From Oscillospiraceae bacterium (GTDB taxonomy: Bacteria; Bacillota; Clostridia; Oscillospirales; CAG-272), in contig SVSU01000002.1 in the NCBI GenBank assembly GCA_015064135.1, forward strand, positions 1-50,498: 50,498 bases of DNA, in the 5' to 3' direction. Below the pieces are notes generated by a model. It was given only the letters and a program-made list of their open reading frames with translations. It had not been told where the DNA came from and ran no database searches. Positions within the stretch are counted from its first letter, which is position 1, and every line of letters starts with the position of its first letter. Shown in pieces: positions 18,931-27,149 of this stretch. Both the position numbers and the translations under genes were made by a program.

Positions 18931-19521
18931 ATGAAAATATACTGCAATACGGGGGATCCCCGTTTGGACGAGATGTCCGAGCAGATCATACGAAGCTGTG
19001 CGGAAATGCTGGGGGAGATTCCCGATGACATACGATTCGTTATCTCCTGCCGATTGGAAGATGGAAAGACGGGAGAACCCATGATCCTTTTGGAAGATGG
19101 TGCTCCGACGCATTCCTGTTTGAGTCCAAACTGTCGGATTCTGAAGCGCCCGTATTCCATAAAAGAGCTTGAGAACACCGTTCGCATTCTTCTTGCCGCA
19201 GTGGTGGGGGAATCGGAAAAAGAGAGTGAGCCTGCCGCGGAAAAGGGGCAGGAGATCCTGCCTTTGTTCGATGGGCGGAGAGTGACATTCGGTGATATAA
19301 CGGCATCCTTGACAAAAAGAGAAGCGGCGGTTTTTGCCGTTCTTTATGAAAACAAAGGGTCGGCGGTTTCCCGTGAAGTGCTCTGTGAACGTGTATGGGG
19401 AGGGGAAACGAATACCAACCTATGCGATGTCTATGTATGCCGTCTGCGTACCGCCCTTGAGCCTGTTTTCGGAAAAGGTTTTCTTGTAAACATACGCACA
19501 GAGGGGTATATGATGATATAA
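18931..19521 (+). CDS. OmpR/PhoB-type winged-helix DNA-binding protein with a degenerate receiver-like N-terminus
   Basis: The C-terminus LTKREAAVFAVLYENKGSAVSREVLCERVWGG...NLCDVYVCRLRTAL...RTEGYMM matches the Trans_reg_C pattern. The N-terminal ~95 aa lacks the acidic DD pocket. The ATG at 18931 lies 12 nt after AGGAGGG. Confidence 0.65.
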   Translation: MKIYCNTGDPRLDEMSEQIIRSCAEMLGEIPDDIRFVISCRLEDGKTGEPMILLEDGAPTHSCLSPNCRILKRPYSIKELENTVRILLAAVVGESEKESEPAAEKGQEILPLFDGRRVTFGDITASLTKREAAVFAVLYENKGSAVSREVLCERVWGGETNTNLCDVYVCRLRTALEPVFGKGFLVNIRTEGYMMI

Positions 19522-19603
19522 AAGATAATATATTATACCACAATCCCAAACCTTTTGCATGGGTTTTTGCAAAATATTCTTTGAACAGTGTGAGAAAATA
19601 CTC

Positions 19604-19632
19604 TTTACAAACATATTATTATGGTGTATAAT
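19604..19632 (+). promoter_or_regulatory. Sigma-A promoter of the cysE leader
   Basis: TTTACA (19604-19609), a 17-nt spacer, then TATAAT (19627-19632). Confidence 0.6.
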
Positions 19633-19652
19633 AGTATCACTATATGTAAAAA

Positions 19653-19868
19653 GACAGTGATCGGGAAGAAAAGGATCAGCTTGAAGCACTTCGTCACAGA
19701 GAGTCCGTTGGCGGTGAGATACGGGCGGCGAATGGGTCCCATGTGCGTCCGTGAGTCTGTGGGAGTAATATCCCACGTATGTTCTGCGTTAAAGGACGGC
19801 TCAGAGTGATAAACAAGAGTGGAACCGCGGACAGCCGCCTCTTAGACGACAGGAGGGGCTGTTTTTTT
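19653..19868 (+). promoter_or_regulatory. T-box riboswitch, cysteine-specific (UGC)
   Basis: A K-turn-like base (GAC-AGU-GA ... UGA-GUC), an AGAGAG bulge and a GGUGAGA distal motif. UGC (19744-19746) plus G sits directly 5' of the closing helix. The T-box sequence AAACAAGAGTGGAACCGCGG is at 19811-19830. Its UGGA bulge (19820-19823) matches the UCCA 3' end of tRNA-Cys (U73). A terminator hairpin at 19832-19861 is followed by T7. Confidence 0.85.
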
Positions 19869-19898
19869 GTTTGGACTGCGTTTTTCAAAGGAGGAGTT

Positions 19899-20588
19899 AT
19901 GACTGATATAAAAATCATATGCAAATCAAAGGCTTGCTGCGGACTGTTCAAGGCGGCGAGAGAAATAAAAACGGACATTGATGCCATCTGCACCCGTGAC
20001 CCTGCGGCAACGGGGCGCGCGGAGGTCCTTCTGCTGTACAGCGGACTGCACGCACTGCTGATGCACCGTCTGGCGCATATCCTTCAGAAAAAAGGAAAGT
20101 ATTTTTCCGCCCGTGCCATTTCCCAGTTCGCAAAATTTCTGACAGGCATCGAGATTCACCCGGGAGCTGTCATCGGCAAGGGCTTGTTTATCGACCATGG
20201 CTCGGGAGTTGTAATAGGTGAGACCACCATAATCGGCGACAACTGCACCATTTATCAGGGAGTGACCCTCGGCGGTACGGGAAAGCAGACGGGAAAGCGT
20301 CATCCCACTCTCGGAAACAATGTGATGATCGGAGCCGGTGCTAAACTGCTCGGAAACTTTACCATCGGCGACAATACAAAGATCGCCGCAGGTGCTGTTG
20401 TGCTCGGAGATGTTCCCGCAAACAGTACGGCGGTCGGCATTCCTGCAAAGGTGGTTCGCCGCGGAGGAGAAAAGGTGACGGATGGTATAGATCTTGACCA
20501 GGTTCACATCCCCGACCCTGTACAGAATGAGATCTCCGCTATCTGGGAAAAGCTCCGCGCATTGGAAGCGAAAGAGTTCGGGGAATGA
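19899..20588 (+). CDS. cysE: Serine O-acetyltransferase
   Basis: A left-handed beta-helix hexapeptide region IHPGAVIGKGLFIDHGSGVVIGETTIIGDNCTIYQGVTLGG. The ATG at 19899 follows GGAGGAG. The listed start at 19779 runs through the T-box terminator. Confidence 0.9.
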   Translation: MTDIKIICKSKACCGLFKAAREIKTDIDAICTRDPAATGRAEVLLLYSGLHALLMHRLAHILQKKGKYFSARAISQFAKFLTGIEIHPGAVIGKGLFIDHGSGVVIGETTIIGDNCTIYQGVTLGGTGKQTGKRHPTLGNNVMIGAGAKLLGNFTIGDNTKIAAGAVVLGDVPANSTAVGIPAKVVRRGGEKVTDGIDLDQVHIPDPVQNEISAIWEKLRALEAKEFGE

Positions 20589-20665
20589 AAGCGAAGGGAT
20601 ATGTATTTATCTCGGAAAGAAAAAAGTTTGAAAATATAGTGAGCATCGGAGTTTGCCCATCGGTC

Positions 20666-20690
20666 AAAGCTCTTCGTGTGTGAGCTTTTT
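20666..20690 (+). terminator. Weak hairpin + T5 between cysE and the CPBP gene (possible partial terminator)
   Basis: AAAGCTC (20666-20672) / GAGCTTT (20682-20688), followed by TT. Confidence 0.3.
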
Positions 20691-20719
20691 CAAACTCTAA
20701 GAAAGGTAAGGTCATAAAT

Positions 20720-21640
20720 ATGAAATGTCCACGTTGTCAGAACGAATATTCCGATAACGCACGATTTTGTGCCGACTGCGGAATTCCGTTGACACCACAC
20801 CCTAAAAAAGAAGCCAAAGCAGGCAAGGTGATCGTCGGGATATTGAAAACCCTGTGTTATATTTTCCTCATGGTTGGAATACAGAACCTTGTTTCAACCG
20901 TTTTCCTGACCACAGCGGTTCTTTCGGATTCTTCTCTTATTATAGAGGGATTTGATTACGAAATACTGGTTGGTCGTCTGGAGAAGATACTTTATGAGAA
21001 TATCTCCATCATACTTCTTGTGGCGAATCTTTTGATAATCCTTTTTCTTTCGCTGTTCTTTACTCTACGGAAAAAGAATCCGTTCGATGAAGTGATGCTT
21101 CGTCCCGTGAAGTGGAGAGTGCTGCCCTTTTGCGCCCTGTACGGTATTGCGCTGAATGTGTTCGTTTCCGTTACATTGACTTTTCTCCCCCTTCCTACGG
21201 AACTCTTTGAAGCGCTAGATTCTCAATATGCGGATTTGATGGGGAACACCAATATTTTGATTGAAATATTGAACACCGCTGTGATCACGGGGCTGATCGA
21301 AGAGATCATTTTCCGCGGTCTGGCGATTTCCAGACTGAAACGGGGAATGAGCAGGGGATTTGCCATTGCCGTTTCCGCTGTCATCTTTGGTTTGTTCCAC
21401 GGAGCATTCCTTGCGGTTTGTTATGCGACGGTGCTCGGCGTTGTGTTCGGCCTCCTTACGGAACGGTATGACTCCATTGTGCCGAGTGTGATCTGCCATA
21501 TGTTCTTTAATCTGACGTCGTTTTTCCTTGATATTGAAAATGGATTTGTTATCATGGCAGTTTATTTTGCCTCCGCCGCGATCCTTGTTCTTTTCTCCTA
21601 TCTCCTGTTCAAGAGGGACAGCGAGGAAATTACCGAATGA
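20720..21640 (+). CDS. Zn-ribbon-fused CPBP (CAAX/Abi-type) intramembrane metalloprotease
   Basis: An N-terminal CPRC...CADCG zinc ribbon. The membrane domain has the CPBP motifs EEIIFRG, FGLFH and HMFFN. Confidence 0.75.
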   Translation: MKCPRCQNEYSDNARFCADCGIPLTPHPKKEAKAGKVIVGILKTLCYIFLMVGIQNLVSTVFLTTAVLSDSSLIIEGFDYEILVGRLEKILYENISIILLVANLLIILFLSLFFTLRKKNPFDEVMLRPVKWRVLPFCALYGIALNVFVSVTLTFLPLPTELFEALDSQYADLMGNTNILIEILNTAVITGLIEEIIFRGLAISRLKRGMSRGFAIAVSAVIFGLFHGAFLAVCYATVLGVVFGLLTERYDSIVPSVICHMFFNLTSFFLDIENGFVIMAVYFASAAILVLFSYLLFKRDSEEITE

Positions 21641-21671
21641 ATGACTCTTTAAAAAAGAAAGGAATATAAAA

Positions 21672-23111
21672 ATGAAGCTTTACAATACAATGACCCGTAC
21701 AAGGGATGAATTCAAGACCCACACCGAGGGCAAGGTCAACATGTACACCTGCGGCCCCACGGTATACCATTTTGCCCATATCGGAAACCTGCGTTCCTAT
21801 ATTATGGAGGACGTGCTTGAGAAGTACCTGCGCTATCTTCGCTACGATGTGAACCGCGTTATGAATATCACGGACGTGGGACATCTTTCAAGCGATGCGG
21901 ACACAGGCGAGGATAAGATGCTCAAGGGCGCAAAGCGTGAAAAGAAAACCGTGATGGAGATCGCAAAGTATTACACCGATGCGTTCTTCGCCGACTGCGC
22001 AAAACTGAACATCAAGACACCCGACGTGGTGGAGCCTGCCACAAACTGCATCCCCGAATTTATCGAAATGGTAGAGGGACTTCTTGAAAAGGGCTATGCA
22101 TACCTCTCGGGCGGCAACGTTTATTTTGATACCTCCAAGCTGAAGGAATACTATGTGTTCAACAAGCACGATGCGGAGGATCTGGAAGTCGGTGTCCGCG
22201 AGGGCGTTGAGGAGGATACCGCAAAGAGAAACAAATGCGACTTTGTGCTCTGGTTCACCAAATCCAAATTTGAGGATCAGGAGCTGAAGTGGGACAGCCC
22301 CTGGGGTGTCGGTTATCCCGGATGGCACATCGAGTGCTCCGCTATCTCCCTGAAGCACAACGGCGAGTATCTGGATCTCCACTGCGGCGGTATCGACAAT
22401 GCGTTCCCCCACCACACCAACGAGATCGCACAGAGTGAGGCGTATCTGGGTCACGAATGGTGTCCCCAGTGGTTCCATGTGCATCATCTGAATACCCAGG
22501 GCGGCAAGATGAGCAAATCCAAGGGTGAATTTCTTACCGTGTCTCTCCTTGAGGAAAAGGGATATGACCCCTTGATTTACCGTCTGTTCTGCCTCCAGTC
22601 TCATTACAGAAAGTCCCTTGTGTTCTCATGGGAAGGCATGGACAACACAAAGGCGGCATACACAAAGCTGCTCCAGAGGATTGCATCTCTCAAGGAAAAC
22701 GACGGTGAGATCGACGGCGAAGCATATGACAAGTACACCGCGGATTTCAAGGAAGCGCTGGATAACGACCTTAACACATCCCTTGCAGTGACCGTTCTTT
22801 ACGATGTGCTGAAGGCAAAGACCAACGATGCCACAAAGAGAAAGCTGATTGCGGATTTTGATACCGTTATGTCCCTGTCCCTCCTTGAAAAGGCGGCGGC
22901 ACTGGCATCTGCGGCAAAGGAAGAGGAAGCAGGTGCGGCACCCGATATCGACCCCGGGCTTGCGGCGAAGATCGAAGCCATGATAGCGGAACGTGCTGAG
23001 GCGAAGGCGGCAAAAAATTATGCAAGAGCCGATGAGATCAGAGGTGAACTTACCGCCATGGGTGTGACACTGAAGGATTCCAAGGAAGGTACAACTTATA
23101 CCATCGGATAA
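21672..23111 (+). CDS. cysS: Cysteine--tRNA ligase
   Basis: Class I signature motifs HFAHIGN (HIGH) and KMSKS, and CGPTVY at the N-terminus. It starts 31 nt after the CPBP stop. Confidence 0.95.
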   Translation: MKLYNTMTRTRDEFKTHTEGKVNMYTCGPTVYHFAHIGNLRSYIMEDVLEKYLRYLRYDVNRVMNITDVGHLSSDADTGEDKMLKGAKREKKTVMEIAKYYTDAFFADCAKLNIKTPDVVEPATNCIPEFIEMVEGLLEKGYAYLSGGNVYFDTSKLKEYYVFNKHDAEDLEVGVREGVEEDTAKRNKCDFVLWFTKSKFEDQELKWDSPWGVGYPGWHIECSAISLKHNGEYLDLHCGGIDNAFPHHTNEIAQSEAYLGHEWCPQWFHVHHLNTQGGKMSKSKGEFLTVSLLEEKGYDPLIYRLFCLQSHYRKSLVFSWEGMDNTKAAYTKLLQRIASLKENDGEIDGEAYDKYTADFKEALDNDLNTSLAVTVLYDVLKAKTNDATKRKLIADFDTVMSLSLLEKAAALASAAKEEEAGAAPDIDPGLAAKIEAMIAERAEAKAAKNYARADEIRGELTAMGVTLKDSKEGTTYTIG

Positions 23112-23125
23112 ATTAGAATATTACG

Positions 23126-23154
23126 AAAACGAGGTGAGCATTTGCCTCGTTTTT
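23126..23154 (+). terminator. Rho-independent terminator of cysS
   Basis: AAAACGAGG ... CCTCGTTTT: a 6-bp G/C core (23129-23134 / 23145-23150), a 10-nt loop, then T4. Confidence 0.65.
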
Positions 23155-23156
23155 GG

Positions 23157-23185
23157 TTTACAAAGTGGGAATAATATGGTATAAT
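23157..23185 (+). promoter_or_regulatory. Sigma-A promoter of the lectin-dockerin gene
   Basis: TTTACA (23157-23162), a 17-nt spacer, then TATAAT (23180-23185). Confidence 0.6.
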
Positions 23186-23229
23186 TTAAGAAACAATATG
23201 AAATTCGCTGATAATGGAGGACTTTTTCC

Positions 23230-25401
23230 GTGAAAAAAAGAATTCTTGTGCTTGTGCTTGCCCTGTCCTTTGTGTTTGGAATCGGGGTACAGACGGTGTC
23301 CGCCGTCAGCTTCATGCCCAACGATGCACCGAAGCCCGTTTCCGTTTTTTTTGCGTCCAACGGCCATGTGTACGCTTCTTACGAGAACGAGAAGCTGACA
23401 TGGAAGGAGGCGCAGGCATTCTGCGAGAGGTACGGCGGTTATCTTGCCACCATCACCTCTTCCCTTGAACAGAATTACGTCAAAGAGGTCATATCGTTGG
23501 CCGCATTCAAGAATCAGTATTGGATCGGTCTGACAAAGGACTCGGGCACATGGGAGTGGGTGACGGGAGAGGCTGTTTCCTATACCAACTGGGATTCGGG
23601 CGAACCAAATGCCAAAACTCGCGGCGACGGAAAGGTGGAATCCTACGGTCAGATTCAGAAAAAGGTAAATCCTGCCCTTCCCTCAAGCAGAGTATATTCG
23701 TGGAACGACAACTTCAACGACAACAACCACCCCACGGATTCATTCTATACCTCCGATACGGTGGGCTTTATCTGCGAATGGGGTACTTATGAAGTGCCAA
23801 AGCCACCCACACCCACATTGTCGGGATTTGAGGTCATGTACGACGGCTGGTCTGTCGTTAATTCCCGTGCAGGCTTTTCTTACCCCAAGAACTATGCCAT
23901 TCCCTCGTCCCGCTATACGGAGGTGTATGCAGACATTCCGGGGCATATTATCAATATAGTAGACGGCAAGTGGGGAGGCAACTGCTTCGGTATGGCGGCA
24001 TCCGCTGTTCTTTATTATGAGGGAATAATCGACCTGAAGCGGTATTTCAGCAAATCCGGGGATTGTCTGAATCTCTTCGGTTACGATGTCAGGGCAGAGA
24101 AAACCAATGCGCTCAATCAGACAAATGAGGTGGTGGCGCTTATTGAGAGACTGCAGGTCAGCCAGATGTCCAAAAACTGCGATGAAAGTGAGTTGTTTGC
24201 ATCGGGCAATCAGAGCAGCCGATTCAATTCCCTTATCGATTATCTGAGGGGAAACGACCCCACACCCCTTGTTATCACCATTTCCAACGGTTTAAGCGGA
24301 CACGCCCTTGTAACGAATACCGCCGCATCCGTGTGGGAGACAACCTTTAACGGTGAGGGCGGATATTACGGTATTCCCGTATATGACCCCAACTACCCCT
24401 ACGACGGAACGGGACACCCCAACCCGGCAGAGTGGTACGGCGGGCATGCCGATTCCATCCTTTATGTGAACCCCACAACGGGAGCATGGTTCTATTGTGT
24501 CAACAGAAGCACAGATAAATGGTGGGGCGGCACATGGGACATGGTTCCCCTGTTCAGCAACATAAACTTTTACGATGTAACAAAGTTCAGCAATTCCTTT
24601 ATCAACGGTACGCTGCTCCTCGGCTCCCTTGACGATACGGTATTTGCCGATGTTTCCGCCGAGGCTGTTACGCTGACCCACGGGGATAAAGTCTTTTCTG
24701 TCAACATGGCGGAGGAGACCGTGACCAGCGATGTGGAATATCATGTATGGAGCGGATACATTCCCGATGAGGAGAACTCACATTTCGACGGCAGGGTGGT
24801 ATTTGGTACGGGTGAGATCACGGCAAGCGGAGGAAGCGATGCTGAGGTGACCTACCGTATGGCAGACAAAACCATCAGCATTACGACGGATGATGCGTCC
24901 TCCTATACCGTGGATGCGGAGGAGAACAAAATCAAGCTTCATCTGTCGGAGAACGCTTCCTTTGAGGTTTCCGTTACCGATGGGGACGGCGAAGAGTATT
25001 CTGCAGTTTCCATGGCAGGTACAGCGGAAGGCGGTGAGCTGCTATTTGGTCTTTCCGACGACGGTGCCATTACAGCATCGGGAGATGCAGAGGGGGTTGC
25101 GGCAGAACTTGCGGTTGAAAGCGATGGGATGGCTGCGGTCACATTTGCGCCCCACGATATCACCGACCTTGACGGAGTCCGTATTGACGACAGGGAGAGG
25201 GGCGACCTGAACGGGGATAAAAAGCTGGATATCGACGATGCGCTGCTCCTGTTCCAGCACAGTATTCTTCCCGATGTGTATGATATGCCCTATATCGGCA
25301 GCGTGGATTTCGATGAAAACGAAAAGGTTGACATCGACGATGCACTGCTCCTGTTCCAGCATAGTATTCTGCCCGATGTGTACCCCATTCCCGTAGAGTG
25401 A
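23230..25401 (+). CDS. Secreted C-type-lectin-domain protein with papain-like Cys/His region and C-terminal dockerin
   Basis: A GTG start after GGAGGA and a signal peptide (MKKRILVLVLALSFVFGIGVQTVSA). The CTLD is at ~23359-23784 (LTWKEAQAFCERYGGYLATITS...YWIGL...WEWV...YTNWDSGEPN...WND...FICEW). GGNCFGMA (Cys codon 23983) and SGHALV (His codon 24301) follow. The duplicated dockerin segment is at 25201-25383 (DLNGDKKLDIDDALLLFQHSILPDVY / DFDENEKVDIDDALLLFQHSILPDVY). Confidence 0.8.
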   Translation: MKKRILVLVLALSFVFGIGVQTVSAVSFMPNDAPKPVSVFFASNGHVYASYENEKLTWKEAQAFCERYGGYLATITSSLEQNYVKEVISLAAFKNQYWIGLTKDSGTWEWVTGEAVSYTNWDSGEPNAKTRGDGKVESYGQIQKKVNPALPSSRVYSWNDNFNDNNHPTDSFYTSDTVGFICEWGTYEVPKPPTPTLSGFEVMYDGWSVVNSRAGFSYPKNYAIPSSRYTEVYADIPGHIINIVDGKWGGNCFGMAASAVLYYEGIIDLKRYFSKSGDCLNLFGYDVRAEKTNALNQTNEVVALIERLQVSQMSKNCDESELFASGNQSSRFNSLIDYLRGNDPTPLVITISNGLSGHALVTNTAASVWETTFNGEGGYYGIPVYDPNYPYDGTGHPNPAEWYGGHADSILYVNPTTGAWFYCVNRSTDKWWGGTWDMVPLFSNINFYDVTKFSNSFINGTLLLGSLDDTVFADVSAEAVTLTHGDKVFSVNMAEETVTSDVEYHVWSGYIPDEENSHFDGRVVFGTGEITASGGSDAEVTYRMADKTISITTDDASSYTVDAEENKIKLHLSENASFEVSVTDGDGEEYSAVSMAGTAEGGELLFGLSDDGAITASGDAEGVAAELAVESDGMAAVTFAPHDITDLDGVRIDDRERGDLNGDKKLDIDDALLLFQHSILPDVYDMPYIGSVDFDENEKVDIDDALLLFQHSILPDVYPIPVE

Positions 25402-25417
25402 GATTTGAAAAAATATT

Positions 25418-25456
25418 GGCCGACGTACATTTTGCTTGTCCGTCGGCCTGTTTTTT
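25418..25456. terminator. Terminator between convergent lectin and peptidase-like genes
   Basis: GGCCGACG (25418-25425) / CGTCGGCC (25441-25448), followed by TGTTTTTT. Confidence 0.75.
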
Positions 25457-25486
25457 ATGGAAAAGGATAAACTGTTTGTTCGGCAA

Positions 25487-26446
25487 TTATCTGGGAACTC
25501 TGATTCCCCACCAGCTGTCAATGGAGCTGTAAGTGCTGAGAGATTCAATGGTTCCGCCCGCAGGATCTACGATCAGAAAATCGCTGAGCTTCAGATTGTT
25601 TCTGTCTGCGCCCTGTTTTACACCCACGATGGTTACAACATGACGACTTCCGGAGCCGTTGACACCTACAATGATTGGCTTCCTGTCGCTGAGAATGGAA
25701 TAGTATGCCGCGGTTAATGCCTGACTTTGTGTGTGTGAATAATCACCGGTATAGGTTTTTGAAGAATCGGAATAATATGTACAGTATTCCCAGTGGGTTA
25801 TACCAGTCCATTTGACACTGTTGGGGCTGAGAGTTGTGTTGTGATAGATGGAATAGGCAGTACACATTGCCGTAGCGGTGCAGCCGACATTTTTGTTGTA
25901 ACAGTTAATGAATCTGGAATAATTATTCTGATTATAGCAATAATTGGGATTTAAATTGGGGACTACATTGAATATGGAGCCGCTGTAAGAATATGTATTG
26001 CCGGATGAGCTTGTACCTGTTTTTGCTTTAACATCCAAAGAGAATTCACCGTAGCCCTGTGCTCCGTTTGTCTGGAGAGCTTCGATGCGCACGGTGTATG
26101 TTCCTGCCTTGCTGAAATTATATGAGCAGTTCACCCATCTGAAATAACCGCTCGGATCATATGTGTAAATGCAGGAGAAGGAACTCTGTCCGGGAGCTTT
26201 TACATAAAACGATGCGCGATCCAGTTTAAAGTCTGTTGTTGCTGCCAGGTTGATGTAGTATGTGTCGCCCTGCGAAGGAGTTTGGCTTTGAGGGAGCGAG
26301 GAAGCGGAGAGATTTGCGGAGCAGGGGCTTGAACTTACGTTCATTTGGACAGCGGAATATGCGGCATAAGAGGATACGGATAAAACGGTCATAACTGAAA
26401 ATGCCATAACAAGTGCCATAATGGTGGAAATGATTCTTTTTTTCAT
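25487..26446 (-). CDS. Secreted protein with C-terminal papain-like (C39-like) cysteine-peptidase fold
   Basis: A signal peptide (MKKRIISTIMALVMAFSVMTVLSVSSYA), a beta-rich middle region, a candidate nucleophile GCTATAMCTAYSIY, and His in SRHVVTIVGV followed by IVDPAGG. The functional call is tentative. Confidence 0.5.
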   Translation of the reverse strand: MKKRIISTIMALVMAFSVMTVLSVSSYAAYSAVQMNVSSSPCSANLSASSLPQSQTPSQGDTYYINLAATTDFKLDRASFYVKAPGQSSFSCIYTYDPSGYFRWVNCSYNFSKAGTYTVRIEALQTNGAQGYGEFSLDVKAKTGTSSSGNTYSYSGSIFNVVPNLNPNYCYNQNNYSRFINCYNKNVGCTATAMCTAYSIYHNTTLSPNSVKWTGITHWEYCTYYSDSSKTYTGDYSHTQSQALTAAYYSILSDRKPIIVGVNGSGSRHVVTIVGVKQGADRNNLKLSDFLIVDPAGGTIESLSTYSSIDSWWGIRVPR

Positions 26447-26507
26447 GATTTGATTCTCCTTTTGTGAAAGTTAGAGTGTGGATTTTTGTTGGGCCCCTTA
26501 CGATTTA

Positions 26508-26516
26508 ATTATACCA
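26508..26516 (-). promoter_or_regulatory. Extended -10 (TGGTATAAT) for the peptidase-like gene
   Basis: The reverse complement of 26508-26516 reads TGGTATAAT, about 60 nt upstream of the ATG at 26446. Confidence 0.4.
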
Positions 26517-26641
26517 TCTGTTTTTGGGAAGGTATAGTGCCGAAAATGACATTTAGACGCACAAAAATGACAACAAATCGCTTTTTTAGGATGTTTTTTC
26601 CGTATCGAATAATGTACAGATGAAAATGTTTGAAATTCCCC

Positions 26642-26670
26642 TTGACAAACGGCGAAAAATACGGTATAAT
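26642..26670 (+). promoter_or_regulatory. Consensus sigma-A promoter of the second T-box leader
   Basis: TTGACA (26642-26647), a 17-nt spacer, then TATAAT (26665-26670). Confidence 0.7.
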
Positions 26671-26681
26671 CAAAAAACAAA

Positions 26682-27015
26682 GGCGATGACGGAGAGAGTC
26701 ATGCGGAAACTTCCACAGAGAGATGGCGGAGTCGGGTGTGTCCGACGGCGGTGCGAGCCATTGAAGCGTTCTGTTTGGTCTGTAGCTCCTTAGCCGAAAG
26801 GAAGAAAGCGGTGCCATATGGGCAGGCGGCAGTTTTGGGGAGGAGTTTTCCAAACAGTCGGCAAAACCGCAAGTAGAACCTTTCCGTGACTGCTGCGTGA
26901 ATGCATACGGCTTGATGGAGCCTGAGTGGCGCAAAAAGGCGCAATTTGAGTGGTACCGCGGACAATTTGTATTTGTTCGTCTCAAAGAAATTCGTGTTTC
27001 TTTGGGACGTTTTTT
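26682..27015 (+). promoter_or_regulatory. T-box riboswitch (specifier tentatively GUA = Val)
   Basis: GGCGAUGA K-turn-like start, an AGAGA bulge and a GGUGCGA motif. The T-box sequence AATTTGAGTGGTACCGCGG is at 26943-26961, with UGGU at 26951-26954. The terminator is CGTCTCAAAGAAA (26978-26990) / TTTCTTTGGGACG (26997-27009) plus T6. TTTGAG of the T-box can pair with CTCAAA of the terminator 5' arm, forming the antiterminator. The specifier assignment comes from a hand fold only. Confidence 0.8.
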
Positions 27016-27149
27016 ATTTCCCGAATGAACGCAGACGATATTTTTTGTATCAAAAAAATCCCAACAGTTCGGGGTCTGGGGACTGGTCCCCAGGCGGGGT
27101 TTTAGGGGTGAACCCCCTATCGTTCCCCTCCCCCTACAAGGAGGTAATT

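Noticed and set aside
26899-26905. GAAUGCA as a Cys (UGC) specifier in the second T-box leader.
   Set aside because: It lies more than 100 nt downstream of the stem I closing helix in my fold. The T-box bulge is UGGU (discriminator A), whereas tRNA-Cys carries U73, and the genuine Cys leader at 19820-19823 has UGGA.
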